Of a stretch of 64,000 nt of DNA, positions 35,822-48,016 are shown piece by piece. The stretch spans positions 160,001-224,000 of the forward strand of contig CAWGVG010000026.1 of the NCBI GenBank assembly GCA_963825865.1. The letters are read 5' to 3'. How positions within the stretch are numbered: the stretch's first letter is position 1; the number at the start of each line of letters is the position of its first letter. The translations under genes were made by a program, and so were the position numbers. This stretch comes from an uncultured Nitrososphaeraceae archaeon (GTDB lineage Archaea > Thermoproteota > Nitrososphaeria > Nitrososphaerales > Nitrososphaeraceae). Under the pieces are notes generated by a model. It was not told where the DNA came from and did no database searches. It saw nothing but the letters and a program-made list of their open reading frames with translations.

Positions 35822-36689
35822 CTAAACAATATTTTCGTTTGTCCATCTTAGGTCCGTCCAAAGATTCTAAACTGATATATAGTAGTTGGTTATGTAGAAT
35901 TTCTTTTTGGTGTACAGGGACACTTATTCGTAGTTGGAGAATATATTTAAAAAAGCAAAAGAGTAATTTCTAATTATAAAAACAGTAGATCTGCACACAC
36001 ACCTTATGGCAAAATATGGAGAATTAAAAAGGAATTTTTAAACTATTGGTTTCTGACCATTATGAATTCCTCTAGTTCCGCTTTTATTTGCCCCCTGCTG
36101 CTGACACTATTATCTCTCGCTTCACGCAGTCTAGGCTGACTATATTATGTAAGGTTATAATTTGAAAAGCTATATGTTGCATAATAAATATCGCTTCTAT
36201 TTATTATGCCCCATGAAGTTAATATTATGTTAGATAAATCATAAATCTCGAATGACCTAAATCTGGATGTAGTTTAATAGTTAAATAAAAAGTAGATGTA
36301 TAAAGTAACCGAATTCAAATTTGTCTAAAATTAAAGCTAAAAATTGTTACTTATACGATGCATGGCACTGTGTGCTATCTACTAAAATATCCCTAAAGGT
36401 CATATTTTCTATCATATATAGCAGTAAAATCCACTTCGCAGATGATTCCTTTATTGTTTACAAGGTAACAGACAACAGCACATAGTACCTATCTAATCGA
36501 GAAGTGATGATAAAAATATTCAATTAAGAAAATAAAGCTAACCTGCAATTTAGGTTATCCTCCAAGTATATCGCCTAACAATCCACCTAATTCCTACGAC
36601 AATTACTACCTGAGAAGAAACGAAATTCATTTATCAAAAATAATGATGCCTTATTTTATAGCCGAATTGCACAGTCAGGATTCGGGATA

Positions 36690-36815
36690 TACATCTTATG
36701 AAAGGATAGAATTCAACGACTCTCTGAGATATGCAGATGTTGCACAAGATGTGGCTCATCTTTCTATGGACTTGGATTATCACAAAAGAGATGATCTTAT
36801 GAAACACTTCATTTG
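36690..36815 (+). pseudogene. Short inverted relic of the APH-like kinase gene
   Basis: YERIEFNDSLRYADVAQDVAHLSMDLDYHKRDDL, near copy of ~28310-28430. Confidence 0.8.
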
Positions 36816-36906
36816 ATGGTATATAAGTTAATTGCTACTAGGATGCAGTCTTAATGTCGCGATTGTTATATCTTTATCTACCTACATCTTACTGATAAGA
36901 AAAAAA

Positions 36907-37548
36907 TTACTCGCCGTGTTTCTCTGTCTGTAAATTACAAATGAATTCTCTAGAATCCATAACCAATCCATAATACTCCTTTACTTTACCCAGAGTCGAG
37001 TCGTATCTCTTTTTATTGATTGAGGCCGTAGAATCAGAAATCAGAATTACATCATACCCTCTGTTGAATGCGTCTCTTAAAGAGGATTCTACACTAATTG
37101 TTGTATCGATTCCACAGAAGATAAGTGTGTCTACCTTTATGCTCTTTAACCATACTTCTATCTCTGTATACTGAAATGCAGAATCTCTCCTCTTTATTAT
37201 TATGTGGTCTTTGTCGGTTGGCTTGATTTCATCAATGATATCCGCATCCCATGTGCCTCTAACGCAAATAGGCTTCTTCATTATCCTTTCTTCTCTGGAC
37301 TCTGGCAGAATTTTGTGGGCCTTTGTTAAAAGATCTATTCCAGACGGCTCGCGTACTGCCTGTGTATAAAAGATTGGAATTTCCGATCTCCTGCATATAT
37401 CAATGAGATGACAAACGCTACTGATCACTTGTCTGTAGTTTGAAATTTCAATTCCTAAGGCATCATAAGAACCACCCTTGCTAGCAAAACCATTTTGCAT
37501 GTCTATCACTACTAGGGCTGGAGTCACTTCGTAATTTTTTATCTTCAT
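36907..37548 (-). CDS. Isochorismatase-family cysteine hydrolase (RutB-like)
   Basis: VIDMQNGF, GTWDA, KRRDSAF, GIDTTISVESSLRDA. Confidence 0.9.
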   Translation of the reverse strand: MKIKNYEVTPALVVIDMQNGFASKGGSYDALGIEISNYRQVISSVCHLIDICRRSEIPIFYTQAVREPSGIDLLTKAHKILPESREERIMKKPICVRGTWDADIIDEIKPTDKDHIIIKRRDSAFQYTEIEVWLKSIKVDTLIFCGIDTTISVESSLRDAFNRGYDVILISDSTASINKKRYDSTLGKVKEYYGLVMDSREFICNLQTEKHGE

Positions 37549-37807
37549 ATTTTAGAATGCTGCCTCCATAACTTTCGGTAATAGGAATATATTGATTTAA
37601 TGGCATATGCCGCCAAGGTAGGCAACTTCCCTGCGAAATTTTACGTTAATATATATGCATCTTGAGCGACAGTCTAACGATAAATGATTCGAGTCACGCT
37701 ATTAAGAATTGAGACAATAATCAGAAGTGAAATACTAACTGGAATGCAGTGATTGGAATATAGTCTAATTATCTAAATACTAGCATATACATATTTACAA
37801 TAAAGGT

Positions 37808-37905
37808 ATGGAAAATACAACGACAAAGACGTCAACAGGCTCGCGTGTTCTCGTACCCCATGATGGATCAGAAATGTCTGACAAGGCATTGAATAAAGCT
37901 ATAGC
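37808..37905 (+). pseudogene. Universal stress protein N-terminal remnant
   Basis: RVLVPHDGSEMSDKALNKAI, then breaks into the opposite-strand USP. Confidence 0.65.
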
Positions 37906-37914
37906 TCTCAACTC

Positions 37915-38350
37915 TTCGCATAATGAGTAATCTTATATGAAGTATTTCCCATGAGAAATTCATTGGAAGCTTTCAATCCCCTGCTACCAACTACTATTGT
38001 GTCTGCCTTCTGTTCATCTGCTAAACGTAATATCTCTTCTGCAACGTCATTTCCTCTTGACTCGATTACATCTACAGAGATAGATGCGCTGATTCTTTTG
38101 CTCTTGACTCGATTACATCTACAGAGATAGATGCCGCTGATTCTTTTGCTCTTGACTTGTATTTTTGCAACAACTCTAGATCGTTTTGTTCTAATTCTTT
38201 TAAGATTGAATGGCCAACACCGACGAATTCTTCAAGCACGTGTGCAATTAGTAATCCACATCCACATTTTTTAGCCATGTAAGATGCATATTTAAAAGCA
38301 TTTTCTGCGTGCCTAGAGCTATCAACAGCAACAAGAATTTTTGATATCAT
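37915..38350 (-). pseudogene. Universal stress protein paralog of 30008-30439; 3'-truncated, with an internal 48-bp tandem duplication
   Basis: MISKILVAVDSS...; tandem units at 38054-38100 and 38101-38148; terminal CPVVIVR lost. Confidence 0.85.
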
Positions 38351-38506
38351 GTGGATGTCTTTATAATTTTGTATAACTCGCAGATATATGTGTGTACGTA
38401 ATCTATAAATATTATAAATTTTATTTGTGTTCCTTTCTTCCCATTCACATTCATATTTATACAACATGGTCAAACTAAATGTGCGGAAAGTTAAGCTGTG
38501 ATCACT

Positions 38507-39110
38507 TTACCATTGCCTCATATCTCCTTCAAGCAGACCACTACCAATGTGAATTCTATCAATATGTTTTGACATTTCAGCCTTGTCCTTAAACTGCGAT
38601 TGACAATAAGGACAAATTATTTTTGTTGCCTCTCTTTCAATTACACTAGTAGGCAATTCAACTTCAGCGAGGTCTACCTTGTCGCTTGGAACATTTCCTA
38701 CTATGGACATAAGGGTTACAATTCCTGTAATATCATTACTGCCTCCTGCTTTCTTTCTTACCACCAATCTCCTAATGTGTTTGCTTCTCATCAATAGTCA
38801 CTGCATCCTTGACAGATTTTTCTTCAGCAATTGTAATTAGTGGAGAACTCATTACGTTTTTCAATGTAACCTTAAAGGGGCCTTTATTTTCAGCAACGAC
38901 ACGATATAAGATGTCTCTTTCAGTTACAATTCCAATGGGCTCATTTGAATTTTTGCCAGTAGCAACAACCATAACGCTCAAAACATCTTTATCTTTCATT
39001 ACTTTTGCTGCATCACCAACAAGAGTATCTTCAGGTAGGGTTACATAGTCTTTTTCCGCAATACTTCCAATTTTTTGCGATAGATGGGAATTTGAATACA
39101 TATAATACAT
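38507..39110 (-). CDS. CBS-pair + C2H2 zinc finger protein, paralog of 30571-31152 (frameshift near 38790)
   Basis: Near-identical translation to 30571-31152. Confidence 0.9.
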
Positions 39111-39305
39111 ACAATGGGATTATAATTTATTACTATCTGTGTTTAGATGGCAGATTTTTCGATATTTGTCTATGCTGCTGTGTAGTTACAAAAGAAGTAA
39201 GCTAGCTGACGCCAAACTCTAGAATCAGCAAGAATATGCTTGTATAGTTTGGCCTTGTATCCCAGTAATTTTTGATATTTCTATTCATTTAGCACACAAA
39301 GCAAT

Positions 39306-40646
39306 TTAATTTGTAAAGTATAACTGTGACAAATCCTGTCGCACCTTGCCCAGAATCTCTGTTACCTTGTCATTACTGGTTGTTTTTAAATGACTAGTAG
39401 TCGGAGTCATCGTCATCATCGCGTCTATGGTCTTTATCATCCCTTTGGCCAGGTCTTCTGCAGAGTAGGATCTACTCAATAAATTAAGATATGTCTGTCC
39501 AACATTTAAGATATCATTCTCAGTTAAACCAAGCTGTAAAAGTTTCGTTAGCATGTTACCTGTGAAGGGACTAGCCCCAAGAATCTTAAACATATTTTCT
39601 CGCTTCTCCTTGAGTATCTGAATCTGTAAGTTGAGCCTTTCCTTCTCGGATTCAAAGCCCAGTTTAGCATCGTATTGAGTTTCTATGTCATTGAAGAACT
39701 TGTCAACCGCCAGCCAGTGGTCTATCCCGTTTGAGTTCGTAATTTCTAGTATTGTTTGGAGCAACCTTCTCAGCTTCTTTGAGCCAAATCCGAGATTTTC
39801 CAGTTGGTTGTACACAGACAGGTTTTCTGAATGTAAATTGATTGCATGTCGAAGTGAATAGTCCTGCTGTATAAGTTTTGCAAAGTTCTTTTCCATTTCA
39901 CCTATTGAGATCTCCAACGCTCGTCGATTATGAGCTAGATATTGAATGCCATCAAATTCTGCAAGCACCTTTTCAGGTTCGTATCCATATTCTGCAATGC
40001 TTCTAACACTTTTTGCAAATTTCGGAACATCCCCAGTTATGGAAATTTTATGTTTGTCCAATTCTTGCTTTGCATCAAAATATGACTTCATCTCCTCATT
40101 GGCTTTTCTTTTTTGCTCCAAAGCCCAATCCCGACCTTTTTCGCATTCTGACTTCTGCTCTTCTAAGGTGGATATCTGATCCCTTAATTCTTGCAGTTTA
40201 TAGTCCAATTCTATTTTCTTGACTGTCTGCTGATTTATGTAAGCTTCAATTTCAGGTAGTGGAACTTGATCTGAAAATTTGACAAGGCCTTCAATACAAG
40301 TGACAATTTTACTTGGCGTGGCTCCTAGCCTCTCGCATTTTTTGTATATATCAGATATAAAATGCTCAGCAGTTTCTCCGTCTATACCCTGCTCACTCAA
40401 TATTTTCATAGTTCTAAAACCAATTGCACATTGAGCCGGAGAAAGACCAGCAATTTTGAGTGATTTTGCTAATTCTCTCAGCGCATCTGCTTCATATTTA
40501 CCAAGAGTATTTGTCCACTCGTTGATTATGTTACTCACCGCCCCCGTGCTTATGTTGTTGTCCCGTGCTATGGCATCTCGGCTAAGGCCTTGGAGCCATT
40601 GCATGATAACTCGTGATTTTATCGTTTCTGGAATTGCTGCAGGCAT
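39306..40646 (-). CDS. N-terminal HTH + long coiled-coil protein of unknown function
   Basis: WLQGLSRDAIARDNNISTGAVSNII HTH; heptad-rich E/K/Q/L segments. Confidence 0.8.
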   Translation of the reverse strand: MPAAIPETIKSRVIMQWLQGLSRDAIARDNNISTGAVSNIINEWTNTLGKYEADALRELAKSLKIAGLSPAQCAIGFRTMKILSEQGIDGETAEHFISDIYKKCERLGATPSKIVTCIEGLVKFSDQVPLPEIEAYINQQTVKKIELDYKLQELRDQISTLEEQKSECEKGRDWALEQKRKANEEMKSYFDAKQELDKHKISITGDVPKFAKSVRSIAEYGYEPEKVLAEFDGIQYLAHNRRALEISIGEMEKNFAKLIQQDYSLRHAINLHSENLSVYNQLENLGFGSKKLRRLLQTILEITNSNGIDHWLAVDKFFNDIETQYDAKLGFESEKERLNLQIQILKEKRENMFKILGASPFTGNMLTKLLQLGLTENDILNVGQTYLNLLSRSYSAEDLAKGMIKTIDAMMTMTPTTSHLKTTSNDKVTEILGKVRQDLSQLYFTN

Positions 40647-40705
40647 ATTCGTATTCTACTTATATAAGAAATAGTGACATCAGTTTATATATTTATCATA
40701 TGCGC

Positions 40706-40790
40706 CTTCAAATAGCACGTCAAATGTGTCATTAGGCCGTCAAATAGCACGTCAAATACGCCGTCAGATCCGTCAAATAGCATATTTGAA
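40706..40790. repeat. Array of CGTCAAAT direct repeats upstream of the HTH/coiled-coil gene
   Basis: Copies at 40706 (CTTCAAAT), 40718, 40738, 40750, 40762 (CGTCAGAT) and 40771; inverted ATTTGA at 40784. Confidence 0.85.
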
Positions 40791-41433
40791 CTCAAAAGAC
40801 CGTGTAACGACGAGGTGTTACCTCAGCTAACAAATCCAAAATTGAACATAACGTAAAGTTATAACCTATACTTGAAAAGCATCTTAACCATAGCTCTGTA
40901 AAACTTTCCAGAATTGAACGGTATATAATGCCTTCTATACTTTATCTGCTATAGAATACTTGATCAAATATAATCAGTTTGCATCAGTTTGCGGAACTAA
41001 TTCAGTGGCATTACTACTACTCATCTTATTACATTAATGATGTAATTAACAATATAAAGTAACCAACCACCAATGCTCCGAACCAAGACTCACTCCAAGA
41101 GTATTTCTTAATATTACACTTTCAATCGCTGCCCAACCTTTGAATAATGTAATGTAATACCAACCTCATTCTGTTTCTACAGATGAATGTGGATAGATTG
41201 TATTTAATCATACGCTCATCGACTAAGAACACTGTCGACCTATTCAAAATGAGATATCAACTAAGAGTTGACAGAACCGTCTAAACTGAAGCCTCTGAGT
41301 AAGGTCGTAAGTAAAGATGCTGAATATTCTATTCTAAGCTCAACGTTAGTAGTTCACTATAAGAAAAAACAAAAAAAGGACATATGAAAATTTATAACGC
41401 TTCTAAATAGGATATTACAGTAAGAATAATAAC

Positions 41434-42054
41434 TTGGATGACCAATTTGAGAATAATAATATTACTTTAAAGGAGAACTCAGCATCTCCTAGAAAGACTC
41501 GAAGCATTACCTTTAGACTAGACTCTTCTGTAATAGATGAACTGCAACGCGAAGCAGACCAAAAGGAAATATCACTTAATGTTTTAGTGAATCAGACTCT
41601 AAAAAGGTATGCAGAATGGGATAGATATGAAAGCAGAATTGGCATGATGCCTGTGCCCAAGGTAATGTTATCTTCTTTAATTGACAAATCTGTCAAAATA
41701 GCCAATGATATCGAAATCAAAGATATAGAAACTTACAGGGACGAAATTATAAAATCTGCTGCTGAAATCGCATTTAGCATAATGAAAGATTCTGTATTAT
41801 TTATGAGGAAACAATACAATTTGTGGGCAGTTCTCTCAGTACTGGAACAATACATGAATGTATCAGGAATAAAATCTGACCATAGGATAGATGGTGGTGG
41901 AAGGAAACATGTATTCATAATACAGCATGAGCTTGGTGAGAATTGGTCATTATTTACAAAAGAACTGTTGAAGCTTATCTTCGAAAACCTTGCCAAAGTT
42001 AAAGTTGAAGTCAGTATAACCCCAAACACAACTGTGGCTGAAGTTATACTTTAG
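41434..42054 (+). CDS. Protein with an N-terminal ribbon-helix-helix DNA-binding domain
   Basis: TRSITFRLDSSVIDELQREADQKEISLNVLVNQTL. Confidence 0.75.
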   Translation: MDDQFENNNITLKENSASPRKTRSITFRLDSSVIDELQREADQKEISLNVLVNQTLKRYAEWDRYESRIGMMPVPKVMLSSLIDKSVKIANDIEIKDIETYRDEIIKSAAEIAFSIMKDSVLFMRKQYNLWAVLSVLEQYMNVSGIKSDHRIDGGGRKHVFIIQHELGENWSLFTKELLKLIFENLAKVKVEVSITPNTTVAEVIL

Positions 42055-42113
42055 AGAACGAATCTAATTTTTCTGATGTCTATACACGTTTGTTTTTATC
42101 AATAACAAACTTA

Positions 42114-42134
42114 AGCAATACAGTGCAATCCTAC
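42114..42134 (+). promoter_or_regulatory. Shared island motif upstream of the CBS-HPF gene
   Basis: AGCAATACAGTGCAATCCTAC versus TGCATTGCACTGCAAGCCTAC (minus strand of the 44160-44180 site). Confidence 0.65.
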
Positions 42135-42227
42135 ATATTATTTACCACGATGAATCATATAACTTGGTATGACACTAATAGTTATACAGGTAGAGGATGA
42201 ATAATATAGTCCTATCTATATGAAGCA

Positions 42228-42824
42228 ATGCTTCCATCAGAAAGGATAGGGAGGGAGTCTATTGGGATTGATAACAAATCGATCAGACTTGACTTCTCTG
42301 TAATTGGTGTTGCAGATAATGATGATGGCGAAAATATAACAATATCAAATGTAGATGATAGTTTGCGATCATTGACTGGTTTGATGGTTGATAGAAACTC
42401 TACTTATTCAGTCGTAAAGGCTTTGGGTAACCTTCGAGGAATCATCACATATGGGGATATAATTGCATTACTGGCTGAACGTATCGAGGAAAGTATTCCA
42501 GTATACATCATTGGCTTGCCAGATGATCCGTTCGATGCAGAACTGGTTAAATCAAAATTTGCCAGCATTATCAGATTGCTAAGAAAAATATCTCCAGAAA
42601 TAGAAGAAGCCAGATGCCATATAAAAATAAGAGACATAGAAGTAGAAAGAAGAAGAAGATATGAAGTTGATGCGAACATAATTACATCTTACAGAAGGCA
42701 TACATATACCAATACAGGATGGGATCTGGCAACTATATTTGATCAGATGAGCGATAGCCTCAAGAACAATCTTGCACACAGGCCATCACAAAAACAAAGA
42801 GAATCTGTAAGGCATGCGCGGTAG
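42228..42824 (+). CDS. CBS + C-terminal HPF/RaiA-like domain protein (ribosome hibernation factor-like), probably N-terminally truncated
   Basis: LRGIITYGDII CBS motif, then VYIIGLP...KFASIIRLL...EARCHIK...RYEVDANI...GWDLATIFDQMSDSLK (HPF-like strand/helix order). Confidence 0.65.
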   Translation: MLPSERIGRESIGIDNKSIRLDFSVIGVADNDDGENITISNVDDSLRSLTGLMVDRNSTYSVVKALGNLRGIITYGDIIALLAERIEESIPVYIIGLPDDPFDAELVKSKFASIIRLLRKISPEIEEARCHIKIRDIEVERRRRYEVDANIITSYRRHTYTNTGWDLATIFDQMSDSLKNNLAHRPSQKQRESVRHAR

Positions 42825-42913
42825 GACAAGAAAGTTAAATGAAGTCGTTAATACTATTGATGCTATTCAGCAGCAAGCAATAGTATACTTGCAAGTGTCG
42901 CATAATAACAACT

Positions 42914-43352
42914 ATGAGTGTATTTGAAGTTGAATCAAAACAAGGAATAAGAAAATGTTGATAATAAAGATATGGTATTTGAATACTTTAGGCTTATCAA
43001 GAATAAAGATATTGAACAGCTGATGAATCTATTTGCTGACTACGCAATAATTTATGAACCCTTCAGCAAATTAACAGAAGGATTAAAAGGTAAATCAGCT
43101 ATCGAATCATTCCTCAGAGTTTCACTTATGGCCAATGATGCATTGCAGACATCATATTATCATTGAAAAAGAAAATCAAAAAATGACATGGAGAAGTCAT
43201 GTAATAGTAAAATTATTACTGCATTAGTAACATTTGAAAGAGGAGACACAATGAAAGCCAGATTTACGTTTGAATTTGGTTCAAATGGCAATAATCATGT
43301 TTTTGATTCAAAACGGAAAAAGATAAAGGCTTTGCATATGCAGTTTATCTGA
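42914..43352 (+). CDS. SnoaL/NTF2-like protein (frameshifted)
   Basis: YFRLIKNKDIEQLMNLFADYAIIYEP...KGKSAIESF...KIKALHMQF. Confidence 0.75.
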
Positions 43353-43374
43353 TAACAATCTCTCTTCTCCTTCT

Positions 43375-44121
43375 TTATCCAGCATATTTGCTCATTATCT
43401 CTGCTACCTCATCATCGCTAACCTGTGAGAAGTTTTGATAAAATGCTCCAACAGCTTCAAATAATTCAGGTGCATGCAAAACAACTACCTTATCTACCAT
43501 TTGCCTTAGTTTGTTTACGGTATCCCTAGGCGCTACAGGTACTGCGACTATGAGTTCTTTGGGATTTTGCCTTCTTATCCACTCTATAGCAGCAAATATT
43601 GTTGCACCGGTAGCTATACCATCGTCAACTAAAACTATGGTTTTACCTTTTATGTCATAGTAGTGACCCTTAGTTGCTCTGAATCGTCTAAGCCGACGCT
43701 CTATTTCTTTCATCTGTGCAGATATCTGTTCGTCTATGTATTCTTGAGATACCCTTAACGTTTTAATGATGTAGATATTTGGAAAAAACGTACCATCATG
43801 CATCACAGCACCAATTGCAAGCTCTAGTTGTAAGGAGCTCCAATTTTCCTTGAAACCACAATATCTAATTTAGCATTGAGAGCAGATGCAATAACATCTC
43901 CAGTTATCACACCACCCCGAGGAATAGCGAGTATGATTAGTTGTTGTTCTTGTTGGCTATCTTTTTCTCCTCTTACTTCCATCTCGGTTAAGGACCTCAA
44001 CTTTTCAGCAAGTACATTTGCCTGCTTGTCTTCTGTCTAGAAATAAGGCACGAGTATCATTGTTGCTATTTTCTATAGTTATTTGTATCATATTATTATT
44101 TTCTTCTGAAATTGTTGACAT
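43375..44121 (-). CDS. Phosphoribosyltransferase family protein (Rv0571c/Rv2030c-like), frameshifted
   Basis: ILAIPRGGV, ELAIGAV, VLVDDGIATGAT PRPP motif, AVPVAP, AVGAFYQNFSQVSDDEV. Confidence 0.92.
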
Positions 44122-44151
44122 GAGACTAGGATAATTATTGATTTAACAATA

Positions 44152-44188
44152 TTATAAAAGTAGGCTTGCAGTGCAATGCACAAAATTC
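44152..44188. promoter_or_regulatory. Shared island motif in the divergent PRTase/thermosome promoter, adjacent to TTTTATAA on the minus strand
   Basis: GCTTGCAGTGCAATGCACAA-A-ATTC at 44164-44188. Confidence 0.75.
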
Positions 44189-44236
44189 TAATGATTAAAG
44201 CAATGCTTTACTTGTACCATTATACAGGAATATTAT

Positions 44237-45933
44237 ATGGCGTCAATTCAAACTACGGCTGGCGGAATGCCAGTTTTAATTTTAAAGGAAGGAACTAAAG
44301 AAAATAAGGGCAAAGAAGCACAGAAAAACAACATTACTGCGCTAAACTGGTCGCAGAGATAGTGAAGAGTTGTCTGGGCCCACGTGGCATGGATAAGATG
44401 CTTGTCAGCACAATTGGAGATGCAACAATTACAAATGATGGTGCAACAATTCTAAAGGAAATAGATGTTGAGCACCCAGCAGCAAAAGATGATGGTTGAA
44501 GTTGCCAAGTCTGTAGATAATGAAGTAGGTGATGGAACAACTTCTTCTGTTATTTTCAGCAGGCGCTTTACTTGAAAAAGCCGAGGATTTGATTAACAAG
44601 CATGTCCATCCATCAGTAATAGTTGATGGTTACGATGCTGCATCTGAACAAGCACTGAAATTATTACAAAAAATTGCAGTTAAAGTGGATGTAAAAGACA
44701 AAGAACTTTTGATGAAGATAGCAAGGACTAGTATGTATTCAAAGCTTAGTATCAGAAGACAGCCCTGCTTTAAGTCAAATTGCTGTAGACGGCAAACAGA
44801 AGAACAAGGTGAGCAGAGAAAAGGCAACAACACGAGAATGGTGATGATAGATCTAAAAGTAGACCTGGATAATATAAAGGTCGAAAAGAAAGCAGGTGGG
44901 TCTATACATGATACTAAATTGATCAAAGGTATGGTACTTGACAAGGAAGTTGTTCATGCAGGTATGCCAAAGCGAGTTGAAAACGCCAAAATTGCATTGA
45001 TTAATTCAGCACTTGAGATTGAAAAGACCGAAATGAGTGCTGAGATCCGTATTAATGAGCCACAGCAGATGCAAATGTTTCTTGAAGAAGAGAATAAGAT
45101 GCTAAAATCCATGGTTGATAAGATAAAGACAGCAGGCGCTAATGTCGTAATATGCCAGAAGGGTATCGATGACATGGTACAACATTACCTTTCAAAAGCA
45201 GGTATTCTTGCAGTAAGACGTGTAAAGGAAAGTGATATGTACAAACTATCAAAGGCAACAGGTGCCAAAATAGTAAATAATCTTGATGATCTGATGGAGA
45301 AGGATTTTGGCTCTGCTGATTTAGTCGAGGAACGCAAGATTGAAACTGACAAATGGGTCTTTATAGAAGGGTGCAAAAATCCCAAGGCAGTCACAATTCT
45401 GGTAAGAGGCGGCTCACAGAGAGTAGTTGATGAAGCTGAGCGATCTATACATGATGCTTTGATGGTAACAAAAGATGTTTTGGAAAAACCACAAATAGTT
45501 GCAGGTGGCGGTGCTCACAGAAGCATATATTGCAAATGAATTGAGAGAATGGTCAAGCAGTATAGAAGGAAGAGCACAGCTAGCAGTTCAGAAATTTGCA
45601 GATGCACTTGATTCAATTCCATTAACTCTTGCAGAAAATGCTGGTATGGATCCAATTGATACTATGGCTGAACTACGAGCAAAACAGAACAAAGGAGCCA
45701 AATGGACTGGAGTGGACGTCAGAAATACGGTAGTTACTGATATGTATAAACAGGATGTGCTAGAACCACTTGTAGTTAAGGAACAAATCATAAAATCTGC
45801 TACAGAAGCAGCCTGTATGATTATTAAGAGTAGATGATGTAATTGCTGCAAGCAAGTCAAAGACGCCCCCTATGCCTCCAGGAGCTGGTGGCCTGGTGGA
45901 ATGGGTGGAATGGGTGGAATGGGTATGGAGTAA
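44237..45933 (+). CDS. ths: Thermosome (group II chaperonin) subunit, multiple frameshifts
   Basis: [43 protein letters not shown]-repeat tail. Confidence 0.95.
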
Positions 45934-47129
45934 AAAAAGGCTCTCCTTATTTTTGGAGCAAATGATAAGAGCATAGCATACTTGAGAGATCTATGTTATA
46001 CCATTAACTTATCGCTTTGATGATCCATCATCTTTGAAATCTATAATACGCTACTCGACAAGCTTTGGAGGATCTTTTAATAGCACATGGTAATCGCGAT
46101 CCTTATCGACTTTGTTTATATACTTGACATAATAATCAAACCATTTTGAATATTTTGACTGAGTGAATATGGAATGATAAGTGCAATATCAAGATAATCC
46201 TAGAATAATTGTAATATCATGATAACGCTTGTCTAAACATATATATTCTGTTTGAAGACAATTAAGCTGAAGGAACTGGATCAGGAAGAACAACCAGAAG
46301 AAATAGTTTGAATCGAATTATTATTATGATAATAGGACTAAAAGAAAGATTCTAGAATTAGGTCCCCAAAGGGTGCAAGTAATTCCGTAGTTGTTGTTGT
46401 TTTATTAACAGAATCCTTGTTTTCCATATATGTACAGGTATTATAATTACTTCGTGTCTTCTTTAAGTTTTATTTTTTTATTATTTTTTCTATCTATTAT
46501 CATCTGTTTTACCAAAGACCTATGACAATGGTTCTCGTCTTTACAATGGCATCTCTTTGAAATATCATAGTATCTGTAAATCAGTAGCATTGGCGATTGG
46601 TTACTCCAATGCCTTACCAAAGCCCACAGTAGTATATGCCGAAAGTAATGCAATGAATGAAAGAGCAGAAAATAATAATAATAATACGTAAACGTTTGTG
46701 AACCCGTTGTGTAATCCAGCAGTGTTAATAATATTATTATTAATCCATCTATGTCTAACTTATCTTCTGTCCTGATTAAGGATATGCTTATCTACTACCG
46801 CTAAAAGTAGTAAAATAACTTAAATGATGTCTCTTTTTCAAATAAACGATGAGACAGAAACAAAAAGAACACATTAAATCTGAATAAGAAAATCTAAAAG
46901 GATGTAGTAATAATCAACAAAACCACACAGTATTCGGTAAGTTCAATCGATGCAAGTTATATTGAAGGAGTCTCTCTTTTCCGTAAACAATTGAAGTAGG
47001 AGGACATGAATCAAAATGATTCTATTGTAATCAAGGAAAATTTATCAACCATATTCTTTTTTATCCTTTTACTATGAAAATCACAGTAACACTGAATACG
47101 ACCTCTCTAGAATATTAAGCAAATAATCG

Positions 47130-48016
47130 ATGCCTGAACAGATTCCCATTAGTGATTTAAAGGTAAAGCACTATATGACCACAAATCCAGTTACCATAAA
47201 CTCCAATGTTAATTTTGCAGGAGGCATTGCGGTCATGGTTATCAAAGGGATCGGTAATTTAATTGTAAAACGAAATCAAAGAGCTGTAGGTATTCTTACC
47301 GAAAGGGAAATCATCCAGCACTTGTCTTATTATAAAGAAATACCAAGTAAATTACTGGATAATATGATTCTCCAACCATTTTTTACAGTTGCATCCTAAT
47401 ACTATGGTTCTCCATGCGAGCAAGAATAATGATTGAAAAGAAAGGTAGAATATTGGTGTTTGATGAGAAATGATGATGATAATGAAAATAAAAGTGACGA
47501 TGATGCTAATCACCAAGAAGAAGAAAAACAACAACGGCATAATAAGAATGAGAAATTAGTTGGAATTATTATAGCTTCAGATATGGTAAGAGCATTTGCT
47601 ACTCAGACAACTACTAGTCCATCTTTGGAACCAATTATGACTAGAAGGATTTTTAGTGTTGACGTTAATAATAATATCAGTAGAGCTGTAGATATAATGT
47701 GGAAGAAAAGGTCGGAAGTGTGATGGTTAACAAAGATGAGAGGCGATATGGAATATTTACTGAAAGAGATCTTTTAACAAAAGTATTATCAAAGGAAGTT
47801 AGTCTACAGGAAAGAATTGGAGATTATTGCTCAAATGAATTGATAACTGCAAAAATTGGAAAATTTGGAATAACTGCACTTGAAGCTGCAGACATTATGC
47901 GCATCGCAAAGATAAAAAGGCTACCATTAAGAAGTGATGACAAGGTTGTGGGAATAATAACTGCAAGGGATTTAGTAGAACTGTATAAGGCCAATCATGA
48001 TATGAAGGAGCGATAA
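47130..48016 (+). CDS. Four-CBS-domain protein (frameshifted into 3 ORFs)
   Basis: VGILTEREI, VGIIIASDMV, YGIFTERDLL, VGIITARDLV. Confidence 0.85.

Noticed and set aside
45895-45927. GGAATGGGT tandem repeat
   Set aside because: Encodes the ordinary GGM chaperonin tail.
44237-45933. Programmed frameshifting in thermosome or other split genes
   Set aside because: Multiple indels with no consistent slippery sites; sequencing error is simpler.
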